The position numbers were made by a program, and so were the translations under genes. Shown one piece after another: positions 22,351 to 34,975 of a DNA stretch of 64,000 nucleotides (within the stretch, counting starts at the first letter, position 1; each line of letters opens with the position of its first letter). The notes beneath the pieces are model-generated. The model saw nothing but the letters and a program-made list of their open reading frames with translations. It was not told where the DNA came from and did not search any database. This stretch comes from Azolla caroliniana (Eukaryota > Plantae > Polypodiophyta). The stretch covers positions 19,902,001 to 19,966,000 of the forward strand of contig JBHGNT010000007.1 of NCBI GenBank assembly GCA_043228905.1, given 5' to 3'.

Positions 22351-23670
22351 AAATTCTCTCTTCTTGATCGACATACAATACCCACAAAATATTCTTAATT
22401 AGCACTTAATATCGAGAATGGTATAGGATAATTGTCTTGTTTCCACATATGCACATCCAACATAAAAGTTCATTAGAACCCATATTGTTGATCCCTATCG
22501 TCATTCTCCCATTTCTTTTCTTATTTCTGTGGTGCTAGTTTTTTGGGTCCATTTTTCTATGAAGAAACTTTTCTCTTTTTACCCATGAACATAAATTTCT
22601 TCACCCTATGTGCAACATGACCATTTTATATTATATTGAAACTTTTGATTGTATTCCCATAGTTAGAGTCTAGAGATATTCTCTCAACCTATGTGTTAAC
22701 ATACCAATTTTCATTATACAAGTTTCGGTATTTTCCTCTTCTTCTTCTTGTTCACATCATACAAATTTCTTTTTCTATCTGTTGTGCTATGAAAAGAACA
22801 TGAGAGAAAAGGGAATACATTGGGAATTCTTGTGTTTATGTTTATAGCCCCATCATCTATAGGATGCTCAAGTGAGTGAGAATCAAACTCCTTTCATACA
22901 CATGTAACTCGCAATTCTAGAATTTCAAGTAGTAGGTGATAACGAAATATTGAACTTGAAGATCATGACATTAGAATGGACTCCCCTCATGAATTCCAAA
23001 GACCAAACAACTTTATATTCTATGATTTATGCATGTAATTCATCATTCTTCGGAGGTGGGATGCATGTAAACAATTCTTATGCAAACATAACTTCAGAAT
23101 TTTGGTATTGTCTAATGGGGTCCCACATAAAATTGTATATAGGCATATCAAGTAATGATAGTAACAAATCTAGTAATTTTGAATATCCTTCCTTTAGAAT
23201 AACCTCATATTTCAAGACTAACTTGGTAACATTTTACATGGAGGTAACTAGATCATAAAGAAGATAGATACACTTTTGAGCACAAAGAGAAAGTTGAAGT
23301 GTTTTTTTCAATGTTTAGAACTTTAATTCTTTAAAAAAGTATGTGATGGAAAGGAAAAAATAAATTGTGCCAACGATGAAGTCATGAAATGTTGAAGGAG
23401 ATGGAACGTCACTATAGTAGAACAAATCAAAGTTATTGTACTCAACTATCTAACTATGGCTAAACTATAAAAGTGAACTCAATAAACGTCGTTACTTTAA
23501 CATCGATCCCCCCTGTTGATGGTCTTACTTCAATCCCCCTTGTCTAATGAATCCAAAAAAGAAAAAAATAGTCCTAAATAGAGAGATTGAGTACGCATGG
23601 AAGTTTTCCAAAACCATGATAAACCTACACTTCCATTACATATCACTATCACATTAATTCCATTATGTTC

Positions 23671-23832
23671 ACACCATCTTACAAGCAAGCAACAACTATG
23701 TGTGCACAATCACATTAATTCTCTTATGTTGACACCATCTTGCAAGCAAGCAACAACTATGTGTGCACAATCACATTAATTCTCTTATGTTGACACCATC
23801 TTGCAAGCATGAAACAACTATGTGTGCACAAT
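23671..23832. repeat. ~61-bp tandem repeat, ~2.6 copies
   Basis: acaccatcttgcaagcaagcaacaactatgtgtgcacaatcacattaattctcttatgttg repeated. Confidence 0.92.
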
Positions 23833-25583
23833 CGTACTAAGGGAAATTGTGTGATTACACGACAGTTTGACAACAAAAGTGTTGTTGAAGCATAATGAAG
23901 GTACAAAAGTGTATATTGTGCACAACATAGAAGCAGGATTTTGCCTCGACATATATCCTTCATATTCCTCATTGATTTGGTATTACGATGATAATAAGGG
24001 TGAAATTTTGCCAATGTTATAAATTGTGATGTAGGTAGTATATTGTAGTAGTCTAAAATTGTATAGATTTAAAGGTTTGGGTATATGTGTTCACCATATA
24101 GGGTTCCATGTTTATCCAAGAAACACCGCCATATATATATCATTATCAATGAGGTTGTAATGTATATACCATGTTCTCAGATTGGATATGTGGAAGAGCA
24201 AAGGTTAAGCAAATAATGGTTTGTCTATGAAATTTTTAAGTTGTTGTATTATACATTCTTGTAACCAACTAGGAAACCATGGAGAGCAACTACATCTTCA
24301 AGAGGATCACTAAAATGCGGTGTGGATGATGCTGGTTTGTGAGAATATGGTGTCACGAGTGTAGCATGATAACCAGCCAAGATGGGTACTAGATCATTGA
24401 GCTAGATATTCAAGGTAATTTCTAGGCTTTCCATAAATTGAAATAACCGGGATGATTTAAGAATCATAAACTCTAGTTATTTACATACATGCAAAAATAA
24501 GTAATAAGTATATATAAATTGAATAATTTCCTCATTGTGGGAGGGAATTAAAAGTAGAAAAATATAAATACATATATTTATTTAATTGATATCATGGTGG
24601 CATCTCCATATATCAAGAGGTTCATCATGTTTGGCATCTCCATCAATCAAGAGATCCTAGTCCAGACCAACATGCTTGGCCAGGTGTCTACACTTACACC
24701 ACTCGAGTCCCTTCCCTCATGTTCGGTGCATTTTGGTTTGCTCAAGTACTTGTTATTGATTATACTACATCCAATATCTTTAAACCTAAGGAAAAAATGA
24801 TCTAGAACGTCAATAGTCTTTGTTTATCAAATCATTGCAATAGTAACACTACTTTTTCGTTTTCATGTGCACGTGTTATGGGCTAGCTCAAAGAACGAGA
24901 ATGTGCGTGATTATAGGAGAATCTCTACTAGTGATTATGTCTATGTATAGCACATAGCTATCCAGTTATACGAGACTATACCAAAAGGGAATCACAAGAT
25001 TGTTTTCTAGGACTTCTTGTCATTTTAAATTTCAAAACAAAATGTTGTTCCATGTTGCCGACTATTGTAAATGCAACACACAAATGTGAAATTTTAATCA
25101 TACACTACAAAATTTCAAGAAGATTTTAATATACCTTTATTATGTGTAAATTTGGTTGCAAATTATAGGTAATTTTGGTAAGTGTAAACATAAACAAATA
25201 TAGTATGACAATAAGGTTAATAAAGATCTATCGATTTCTCATGTTAATAATAACCAAACGTGAAGTGGCCCGGTTAAGGTAGGGTTGTAGCTTATTAGTA
25301 GTTATCGTTAGTTAATATTATGTTGCACGAGCATATACGATGATGAAGATATTACCGGAGATGGATACATTGGGAGCAAACCTTGAAATTTCAAATGCTA
25401 GTGTAACAAAAGCTCAAGTATTAGCTATTGTTGACAACAAAGGTTTCGTGCTTTATCAAGAAGTTACCACACACACACACAAACAAACACACACACTTAT
25501 TATTTAAACTTTTAGGAGATCTTTTCATTGGTATACAAAGCTGAAGTGGAAGTATAGTGTATGGTTGGTTCTATCATATAGAG

Positions 25584-25724
25584 CATTACAAGATATTTGT
25601 AGTACAAGCACAAATTCAAAACGTATTGTCGTATCACCAAGACCATTACAAGATATTTTTCATTACAAGCACAAATTCAAAACGTATTGTCGTATCACCA
25701 AGACCATTACAAGATATTTTTCAT
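25584..25724. repeat. ~61-bp tandem repeat upstream of PDC
   Basis: cattacaagatattt...acaagcacaaattcaaaacgtattgtcgtatcaccaagac, about 2.3 copies. Confidence 0.92.
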
Positions 25725-26069
25725 TGGCATATGATGTAGAAATGGGGGTAATTTCGAAACATATGGTTGTATCAATTAGAGTCTAGACAAATTCAAGACA
25801 TTGCCATCGACATACATACGTCTTAAAGTGAAAGTAATTTCAAAATGTATGGTCCCTAGTTCCCATAAAATTACTCCTTGGTAATTTTTTCTGGTAATTT
25901 AGGTGCTCAATGCCAAGAAGAGAGATCTGGGTCGATCTCAATTTCTTTGGTGAGGGGTAAAACTGGTCTAAATCACAATGAGGAAGTGTAGTGCAACAAA
26001 CAAAAGGTTCTGGTGAGCGATGTGACGGGAGCTTCGACTGGTGACCAAGGGATTGAAAGGCGTGGTCAA

Positions 26070-26080
26070 AAACCACGGGC
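26070..26080 (+). promoter_or_regulatory. Candidate hypoxia-responsive promoter element (HRPE)
   Basis: AAACCACGGGC fits the ERF-VII HRPE consensus AAACCA(G/C)(G/C)(G/C)GC, ~140 bp upstream of the PDC ATG. Confidence 0.55.
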
Positions 26081-26221
26081 CAAAAAGAAACAAGGAAAAT
26101 ATATCGAGATACAAGGCTTTCTTTTAGGAGCACAAAACCCATGGGTACACTAGGGACTTCAAACACTTGCTAACAACCTCTCTCTCTTGGGAAACCCTAG
26201 CTAAAACCCAGAACACTAAAA

Positions 26222-28034
26222 ATGTCTACTTGTCATGATTCTACAAGTTTTACTAATTCCCACCCCTACCCTTATGCAAGAATTGGGGCTCACTACCCTT
26301 CTCTCGGCCGACACATTGCGCGCCGCCTCCTCGAGATCGGCATCACCGATGTCTTCTCGGTCCCCGGGGACTTCAATCTCGTCCTTCTCGACCACCTATT
26401 GGCCAATGACAATGGTGAAGGACAACCACCGCCCGCCCGCCGCCTCAACCTCATTGGTTGTTGCAATGAGCTCAATGCCGGGTATGCGGCCGATGGCTAC
26501 GCGCGCGCACGCGGTGCCGGCGCATGTGTCGTCACATTCACCGTGGGCGGGCTCAGTGTCATCAATGCCATCGCCGGAGCTTATAGTGAGAATCTCCCCC
26601 TAATTTGCATCGTCGGCGGGCCTAATTCGAACGACTATGGCTCAAATCGTATCCTCCATCATACCATAGGCCTCCCGGATTTTAGCCAAGAGCTCCAATG
26701 CTTCAAACAAGTCACTTGTAAGCAGGTATGGTATGGCATGTGTGTTACAAGAATTGGAGTGGCCATACATTTGCTATGGTATGTGTGTTATGAGAATTCA
26801 AGTAACTAGCTATACATAAGGTATGGTATGTGTGTTACAAGAATTGGAGTGGCCATATATTTGCTATGGTATGTGTGTTAAAAGAATTCAACTAACCAGC
26901 CATACATAAGCTATGGTATGTGTGTTACAAGAATTCAAGTAACCGGCCATACATTTGCTATGGTATGTGTGTTATGAGAATTCAAGTAACCGGCCATACA
27001 TAAGCTATGGTATGGTATGGTATGGCATGGTATGTGTGTTACAAGAATTGGACTAGCCATATGTTTGCGCTATACGAATTCGAGTAGCCAGCCATACATT
27101 AGGTATGGTACGATATGGTATGTTTGTTACAAGAATTGGAGTGGCCTTACATTTGCTATGGTATGTGTGTTATGAGGTTTGGAGTAGCCCACCATACATT
27201 AGCTATGGTATGGCATGTGTGTTGCAAACATTTGAGCCATACATTAGCTATGGTATGGATAAATGTGGACCCAGTTTTGGTGTGAATAAATGTGGTTTGC
27301 ATATAGATCAAGGGTTAAGTAGTAAGCAGTTTATAATATACCACATGAGGGCATGCGTTATGCCACTTCTCTTGAAGTCATGGAGTCGATAAACCTAGAG
27401 ATAATAGGCACACTGGTGGCCAGTTTGGACATAGACCTAGGGTTAATGGAAACCTAATATGTTGAATTTCATCGAAGTCGTGTGTGAATGGAGTCCATTA
27501 GGCTAGAGATAGACCCATTAGCTTTTGGATGGTCATTTGGAGGGCCATTGTCTGAATGGATAGGCATGGTCTGGATAGAGACCTAGGGTTCATAGAACCT
27601 ATGGCAAGACATGGATTGGTAGAGTCAATTAGATACTCGTGGATGGACATTTTGTGGTCCCATTTATAACTATAGTCTAGACATGAAGATCCAATGAGAC
27701 ACATGCCTTGTACAAATTCTTGCAAAAAATGCTCTCTTGATGTAGGTTTGCATCAAGGATCTTGAGAGTGCACACTAAGGTTAAGCTATATTACAACATG
27801 GTATGGGCATATAGAGCTCTTGTTGCTTTGGATCAAGTCTCACAACAAATTCTCTCCTGATGTAGGTTTGTATCAAGGATCTTGACAGTGCACATGAGTT
27901 GATTGATGATGCTATTTCAACTGCCCTCATTGAGAGCAAGCCAGTGTACATCAGTGTTAGTTGCAACTTGGCTGGCCTTCCTCACCCCACATTCAGGCAG
28001 GAACCAATTCCATTTCGTCTGTCCCTCAGGTATA

Positions 28035-28067
<33 letters not shown>

Positions 28068-30728
28068 ATAATCACTAGAAATTTTAAACATTTTCTCGCT
28101 ATGATTCCAATATTGTGGGTTCGGACATAACATTATGTCATTCCGGAGGCAGAGCATACACAGCTAGAATGTGGAGGGTTTGGTTTAGGGTTTAGGGTTC
28201 ATGGTTTAGAGTGTGTATGTAGAACTTTGTGATGTTGGATATTGTAGGGTCTCCTGAGGGAAAGAAAGCTGTTAATTCCTCACATGGTACAACACCGGAT
28301 TTTGGGTACTTTGGCTTGGTATGATCACTGAAATATACACTTCTTGATTGTATAAATGCTCATTTGCTGCTATTTGGGCCCAGGCTCTCTAACCCGGGGA
28401 GCTTAAATGAGGCTGTAGAAGCTGCGGCCGCATTTCTCAACAATGCCGTCAAGCCGGTGCTTGTGGGTGGTTCGAAATTACGTGTAGCGAATGCTCAACA
28501 GTCTTTTCTAGATTTGGCCGAATCATCTGGCTATGCTGTAGCCATTATGCCCTCCGCGAAGGGACTTTTCCCAGAGAACCACCAAAACTTCATTGGTACA
28601 TATTGGGGCGCCGTGAGCTCTCCTTATTGCTTGGAAATAGTCGAGTCCGCCGATGCTTATCTCTTCGCCGGGCCAATCTTCAATGATTATAGTTCCGTTG
28701 GGTACTCTCTTTTGTTCAGAAAAGAGAAGGCCATCATTGTTGAGCCAAATCGAGTAATCATCGGCAACAGTTCGACATACGGGTGTATATATATGAAGGA
28801 TTTCCTCGAAGCACTTTCGAAGAAAGTTATAAAGAATACTACGGCGTATGACAACTACAAGCGAATATTTGTTCCTCCAGGTGTTCCAATAAAGGGGGTT
28901 CCAGGGGAGCCCCTGAAGGTGAATTTGTTGTACCATCACATTCAGGTAAGGGCATAATGGAGATGGTGTCTTATACTAACATATGACATAATTGAATATA
29001 TACACATATATACATACATACATATATGTATGTATGTATGTATATATGTATATTTGTTTATTGTATCAGAAATACTGGGATTTTCAAGCTAATGATAAGT
29101 TTAAAACCGTGTCTTATTTTTGTAGAACATGTTGAATGCTAATAGCACTGTAATTGCCGAAACTGGAGATTCTTGGTTCAATTGTCAAAAACTTCGGTTG
29201 CCAGAGGGATGTAGGTAAGCATACATTTTGTGCATTGATGCATGAAATTCGACAAATGCAGTTTTTGCCCATCATTATTTCCCGCATCGCAGATTATATT
29301 CGGATGAAACCCCTAACATCATGACCTAACTATTGGGCTCTTTCTCACATGGGAGAACATGTATAATGTGTTAAATTCTATTTTTCAGGCAATGTGAATA
29401 TAAGCTTTTTTTTTGTGCTTTTGTAGCTACGAGTTCCAAATGCAATATGGTTCCATTGGTTGGTCAGTGGGTGCATTATTGGGCTATGCACAAGCCTCTC
29501 CAGAAAGGCGGGTAATCGCATGCATCGGCGATGGAAGCTTTCAGGTTAGGAAGGAAAGAAAATATGAATTGCATACACATACATTTTTTTTTATGTTATA
29601 CATACACATAGGTGCATTCATAAATATAAGTAATGCACACACATACCTACAAACATGCCTACATATGTCCGTGCATACATGCATACATACATATATATCT
29701 GCTTGCATGCATACTTACATACATGCATGCATGCATATGTAAATACAAACATGCATCATGGCATACATATGTATATACATGCACACAAATGGTAAAATAA
29801 ACTATAACCTACACCCTAAAATACATACATATGCTTTGTTTTTGTTGAATGTAGGTAACAGCTCAGGATGTGTCAACAATGCTGAAATGTGGGCAGAAGA
29901 GTATTATCTTTCTCATGAACAATGGGGGCTATACCATTGAGGTGGAGATTCATGATGGGCCTTATAATGTCATTAAGAACTGGAACTACACGGGCTTTGT
30001 GGATGCTATCCATAATGGCCTTGGCAAGTGCTGGACTGTAAAGGTAAAAACAAAAATAATGCTAAAGTTAAGGTCTTGTGTTCCCTTGCTAGATTTTAGT
30101 CATGGGGCCATTATACAACGTAGATACATGCATTCATACCCACACATGTATATAAATATATAAAGACATACATGCCTTCATAGGGTATTGATTGTAAGTC
30201 ATACATACATACATGAATGTATGCTTGCCACATTCACATATATTAATACATAAAGACATACTACCTTCATAGGGTATTGAAAGTAACCCATGCATACATG
30301 CCACACACATATATATCAATATATAAAGACATACATACCTTCATAGGGTATTGAATGTAACCCATATATACATGCATACATACTTTACCCACACATATAT
30401 AAATACATAGAGACATACATACACCCTCATATAGGGTATTTAACATGCATGTTTACATGCATATGTACATCACCAAGGCATGCATACATACATAAACACA
30501 CATGCTCAAAGATGTCAACGTAACCAACTCTTTATTGTTTTGTGTTTTTTGGTATAGGTGAAAACCGAGGAAGAGCTTGTTGAAGCTTTAAAAATAGTGC
30601 AAGAAGAAAAGAGAGATCATCTTTGTTTCATAGAATGTATTGTGCATCGAGATGACACAAGCAAGGAGTTGTTAGAATGGGGGTCTCGTGTCTCTACGGC
30701 GAACGGAAGACCACCAAACCCACAGTAA
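26222..30728 (+). CDS. PDC: Pyruvate decarboxylase (TPP-dependent), 7 exons
   Basis: Exons 26222-26725, 27866-28029, 28384-28945, 29126-29214, 29427-29544, 29855-30043 and 30558-30728. Motifs [38 protein letters not shown]...NNGGYTIE and C-terminal ANGRPPNPQ*. Phases consistent. Confidence 0.97.
26726..27258. repeat. ~45-bp tandem repeat array starting at the 5' splice site of PDC intron 1
   Basis: Repeated tatggtatgtgtgtta(c/t)(a/g)agaatt(gg/ca)agt...gccatacat units, roughly 11 copies. Confidence 0.92.
30150..30445. repeat. ~80-90-bp diverged tandem repeat in PDC intron 6
   Basis: ataaagacatac...ccttcatagggtattga recurs about 4 times. Confidence 0.85.
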
Positions 30729-32599
30729 TATACTGGCTTGCATGCATATTTCCCATGATGAATAAAGACTATTACTGAAGCCTAATGTCAAATCTAAGTT
30801 TGTAATAACATACTATCATAACTTCCACCATCCTCATGCACTCACTAATGATGTTAAGATAATAAAATATTAAGAGCTTTGACACAAATCGATATTGTGA
30901 AACATCATTGTCCAAGCAAATTATACCTAAATATCTAATGTAATCAAGATGCTTGCATGTGTAACAAAGTATGATATGATGGCGATGACATATTAACCTC
31001 AGAATGCCAACATGACTTGAGACCTTGAAATGTTGTTGGTATTTTAAATAACCACTTCTAACAAAGGTTTTGATTTAGAGTGTATTCATTGGGGGCTAAC
31101 TTTTGGGATTAGCTCTAAAGAGATATGGGCTAGTAACAAGTGATTGCTTCTTTAGCATTATTTGAGTGGAAAATAATACTTATCATTTCACACAAAAAAT
31201 TTATTGCTTGTTATATTTGGGATTATATTTATTAGGTTTGTCACATTGTTATTTCACTTCAAGTGGGTGTTTCTACAACTGCACTCAACATCAAAGATGG
31301 AGATTGTTCTCCTCTTTTTGAGATATTGGGGATTGCACTATGATTGGGATATATACAATGCTTTTGTATTTGATGATAGATGATGAAGAGATATAGAGAA
31401 AAGATAGAGAAGAGAAGAGGAAGAGAAAAGAATGCTAGAATATACTATTGTGGAAACAATACAAACCGGTTAGACTCCAAATACACCTACAAAATCAAAG
31501 AACTATTTGATTTTCAATCACCCAAACTCATAAAAGTCCTTTTTTCTCCCTCTCAAGGCTAAGAATTCTCTCCTATTCATAGGCTATTCTTGTTTTGTTC
31601 TTAGATATATTTGAATCTATGTGAGGCAGTTTTTTATATCATTTTCTTTTTGTAACTCCAATTTTGTCATACAAGATGTTTTTGGAAAGCTCTCGTTGCC
31701 AGATTTTTTTATGAGTCTTTTCTTTCAAAATTTGGATGTTGGATGAAGAAGTTATGAGCGTTTTTATCTATCTAAATCTTAGTATCCATGCCTTGCTTTT
31801 TTCTGATTTTTTATTTTTTTGAAAAATACCTCTGTTACTCCTGTTTACTACTCCCAAGTAACCGAATCAAGGTATTGTGGTAGGAAGGAGGGGTTAGGTT
31901 CAGGATGTCCCGTCGATTCTGTACTCCGTCGGATTCGAGATGTGAAGCAACTCTACACAGATGTTACCTGGGTTTCCCACACTAGAGATAGCCACGATCG
32001 TCTGCTATGAACAACACTCGTCAATGTAGTATGATTGCGTCGAGGTCGGAAAGGGACACAGGATATGGGTTTTTGCCATATTGGCTACCAACGATGCGTG
32101 CGCATGATTTCATAGTGACAATAATTACACTTAGAGACTTTAGAAATCAGACACATGGTTTCCCCCACAACTACAGAATTATATTGATAAAGTAGAACGA
32201 TTACAAGGTAAACCGATTGACTATCGGTTGTGATTCTTAACGCTCTCGGACTACACACACCTCTCTGTAATGTTTCCTAGTCTATCAATACCCCTCCCTA
32301 CTTCTCTCAATCACACACCCTTATATACGACTCCATGCTTCGCTTAAAAATCATTACAATCGTTAATTGTTTTTGGTGTTATTGTTCTCGGCTACCTTTG
32401 TTTATCTTTTTCCCAATTTGGCCTTCTATCCCTTTTCACACCTTTGGGTTGTCCTACCCAACCAACATCCTCTATCTTTATCCATTCAAGTCCCTTTCTT
32501 CTTGATTATTATAAAACTTCAATCCTTCATATATATAGCTTTATTCTTGGGCGACGATCTTTTCTTTCGAACAAAAACTGACTTCATAGTAGGCATGCA

Positions 32600-33111
32600 C
32601 TTAGATGTGCATAACCATAATTAATCATGAGATAGGTTTTCCATAATCAAATGACGAGTATGTATGGGTTAATTTCGAAAGGAACAAGGGTATAAATTGA
32701 ATATTACAATTCTATGGTGTGAGGTAAACTATTAAGTGTGTTATAAGTTGAACACTTCACATAAAGTAGTCAAGTGTGTGAACACACCAAAGCCTGGGGT
32801 TTTTGCTTATATAAGAAGGTTGGCTAACTTTTGTGAAGAATCTTGACCAATGTCAAGACTATATTAGTGTGGCTATATGGCTCTTGTTAGCTAAGTACAT
32901 GCAATCCATGTGAAATCCAAGGTATGATCCACACCAACACTTGATTGTATGGGACATTGAGGGGATTCCGGTATGCCTTAAGTTGTTACTCTAAGGTGTT
33001 CTTGCGCCTTTTTTTCCTTTCTTTGGTCCATATTTTTGTACAATGTTATGCTTTAATATTAGTTAGCCTCTAGCAAAGTATACCTACAAACGTTGGAGTA
33101 TTAATGTAACA
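32600..33111 (+). mobile_element. Old diverged (solo) LTR related to the 12151/13801 LTRs
   Basis: Colinear matches gcataaccataa, gtcaagtgtgtgaac, gcctgggg, tatataagaagg, ctcttgttagc, aggtatga, gtatgggac; ends ...TAACA at 33111. Start approximate. Confidence 0.55.
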
Positions 33112-33350
33112 AATTTGTTTATCAAAGCAAGTTGAAATTCTTTCCTTGGTGGAGGGTTCATCTTATCTATTAACAATCCAACAAGTCTCATTGCATGTGT
33201 AGCCATGACACCAATTAGTTATGGCACTATTGTAGTGTTTTCACACAAATGTATTAATATAACTGCATGTTTTCACTAGTAATAGCTCAAATACTTTAAG
33301 CTTAGTTGTTAAGATTCACCATCTAAAATAAAAAAGTCAGACATGCAGCG

Positions 33351-34975
33351 TGTTAGGGATGTAATTTAGAACGAGATCAAAATCAAAGAGTAGAATAAGA
33401 ATATGGAATAAGGGAAGAATGTGAAGCCAATAGTCAAGGACAAGATTGAATTGAAGAATAGTGTAAGAAGAGAGAAATAAGAACGAGAACATGTTAGGGT
33501 CGTAATTGAGAACGGGATCAAATCAAAGAGTAGAATAAGAAGATGGAAATAAGGGAAGAATGTGAAGTCAATAGTCGAGGACAAGATTGAATTGAAGAAG
33601 AGTGTAAGAAGAGAGAAATAAGAGTGTGACAATAAATTAACAAGATATACAAGAATATGCCAAATACTAGCATTGAATCAACATGGTTCGTCAATACTAG
33701 AGCACCTACTTAAACCCTAGCATTGACACCCACTCACCACAACAATTTGCTCACAACAAGATCACAATCTCGACATGATCAAATAATTTCCCATATGAGG
33801 TTAGCTTAACCTCATATTTATAGCCAAATCCATGTGCCCGAAGCAAGTTCACATTTAGTCCCTAAGGGTTGTCGTAATCCCTAGTATTAAAAGTAAAGCT
33901 CCCTTCATTACATTCTCAATTAATCTTCACGCTCTTATCCTTGTGTGTAAAAAACTACGATAAAAATTGCCACATGATAACTTATGGTTACGCCCTTAAC
34001 ATACTCCCCCCCTCTTTAAAATATTGCACTCTTGCAATGAAAAGTTAGTCGTAATGGTATTTTTGTGCTCCTTTATAACATCTCTAATAGACTTATCAAT
34101 ACATTTAACTTTTAATTCTAAGATTGTTTGGAATGTGGATGTTTTGTTTTAACATTGAGAATTCTTTGCGGTACATGTGGTTTAGAAGTTAAATCCTCAA
34201 AAGTAATTAAAGTTTCAGTTGTAATTATATTATCACTAGAACCAAGGAGTTCCTTCCAATGACTTACATGAAAAACCAAATAGATTTCAACATCATCAGG
34301 AAAATCAAAGTGATAGGTTAATGAACCAATGTGTTTGAGGATTGTAAAAGGCCCACAAAACTGTGGGGCTAATTTAACATGCTTACATGTAAACAATATC
34401 TTAAAACTATGAGGCACACATAACAATGTAACCTTTTGTTCTGGGTTGAATACACGAGTTTGTCAATTATGGTCGGCATAAAAACGCACTCTATCTTGAA
34501 TTGTTTTTATATTATCTTGTGCAATATGAAAGATATATTGCATGTCTTAGAAATCTTTGTGTACTTCTCAACTCATCATTATGTATATTAACATTGATTA
34601 AGGCTCGTAGCGGAAAGTCATACATTAACATAAAAGGGCTTAGAGCTATTATAAACAAACTGCAAATTTGGGAGATGACGTTCCCATATTGTGGGTTTCG
34701 TAGCACTATATGCTCCGAAACATGTCCTCAATAATTCAGTTTACTTGTTCTATCGATCTATTGGATTGAAGATGGTGCATGGAGCTCATGTGTAAGGTCG
34801 TTTCTAACTTCTTGAAGACAAGGGTTCAAAAGATGTTATGAAACTTTGAATCTCTATCACTCACAATATACATTGGTAACCCATAAAAACTCGTCAACAA
34901 ATTGGTAAACCAATTCGGAAGTGATTACCATGGTTTTAGTAGCAAAGAATGTAACCATCTTAGTTAATCTATCAA
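33351..34975 (-). mobile_element. Degenerate copy of the same chromovirus family (integrase-chromodomain remnant plus 3' LTR)
   Basis: Minus strand: IDRLTKM (~34975), KLAPQFCGPF, SKPHVPQRIL, PPT gagggggggagta, then LTR starting TGTTAAGGGC at 34001. LTR probably ends TAACA at 33492, with the terminal ~141 bp duplicated (33351-33491). Confidence 0.88.

Noticed and set aside
26726-27258. CRISPR-like repeat array (also 40621-41036 and 47190-47492)
   Set aside because: Head-to-tail tandem units without unique spacers, in a eukaryotic context with no cas genes.
31833-32358. Possible solo LTR (TGTTA...TTACA)
   Set aside because: Flanking 5-mers differ (acctc vs atcgt); boundaries unverifiable.
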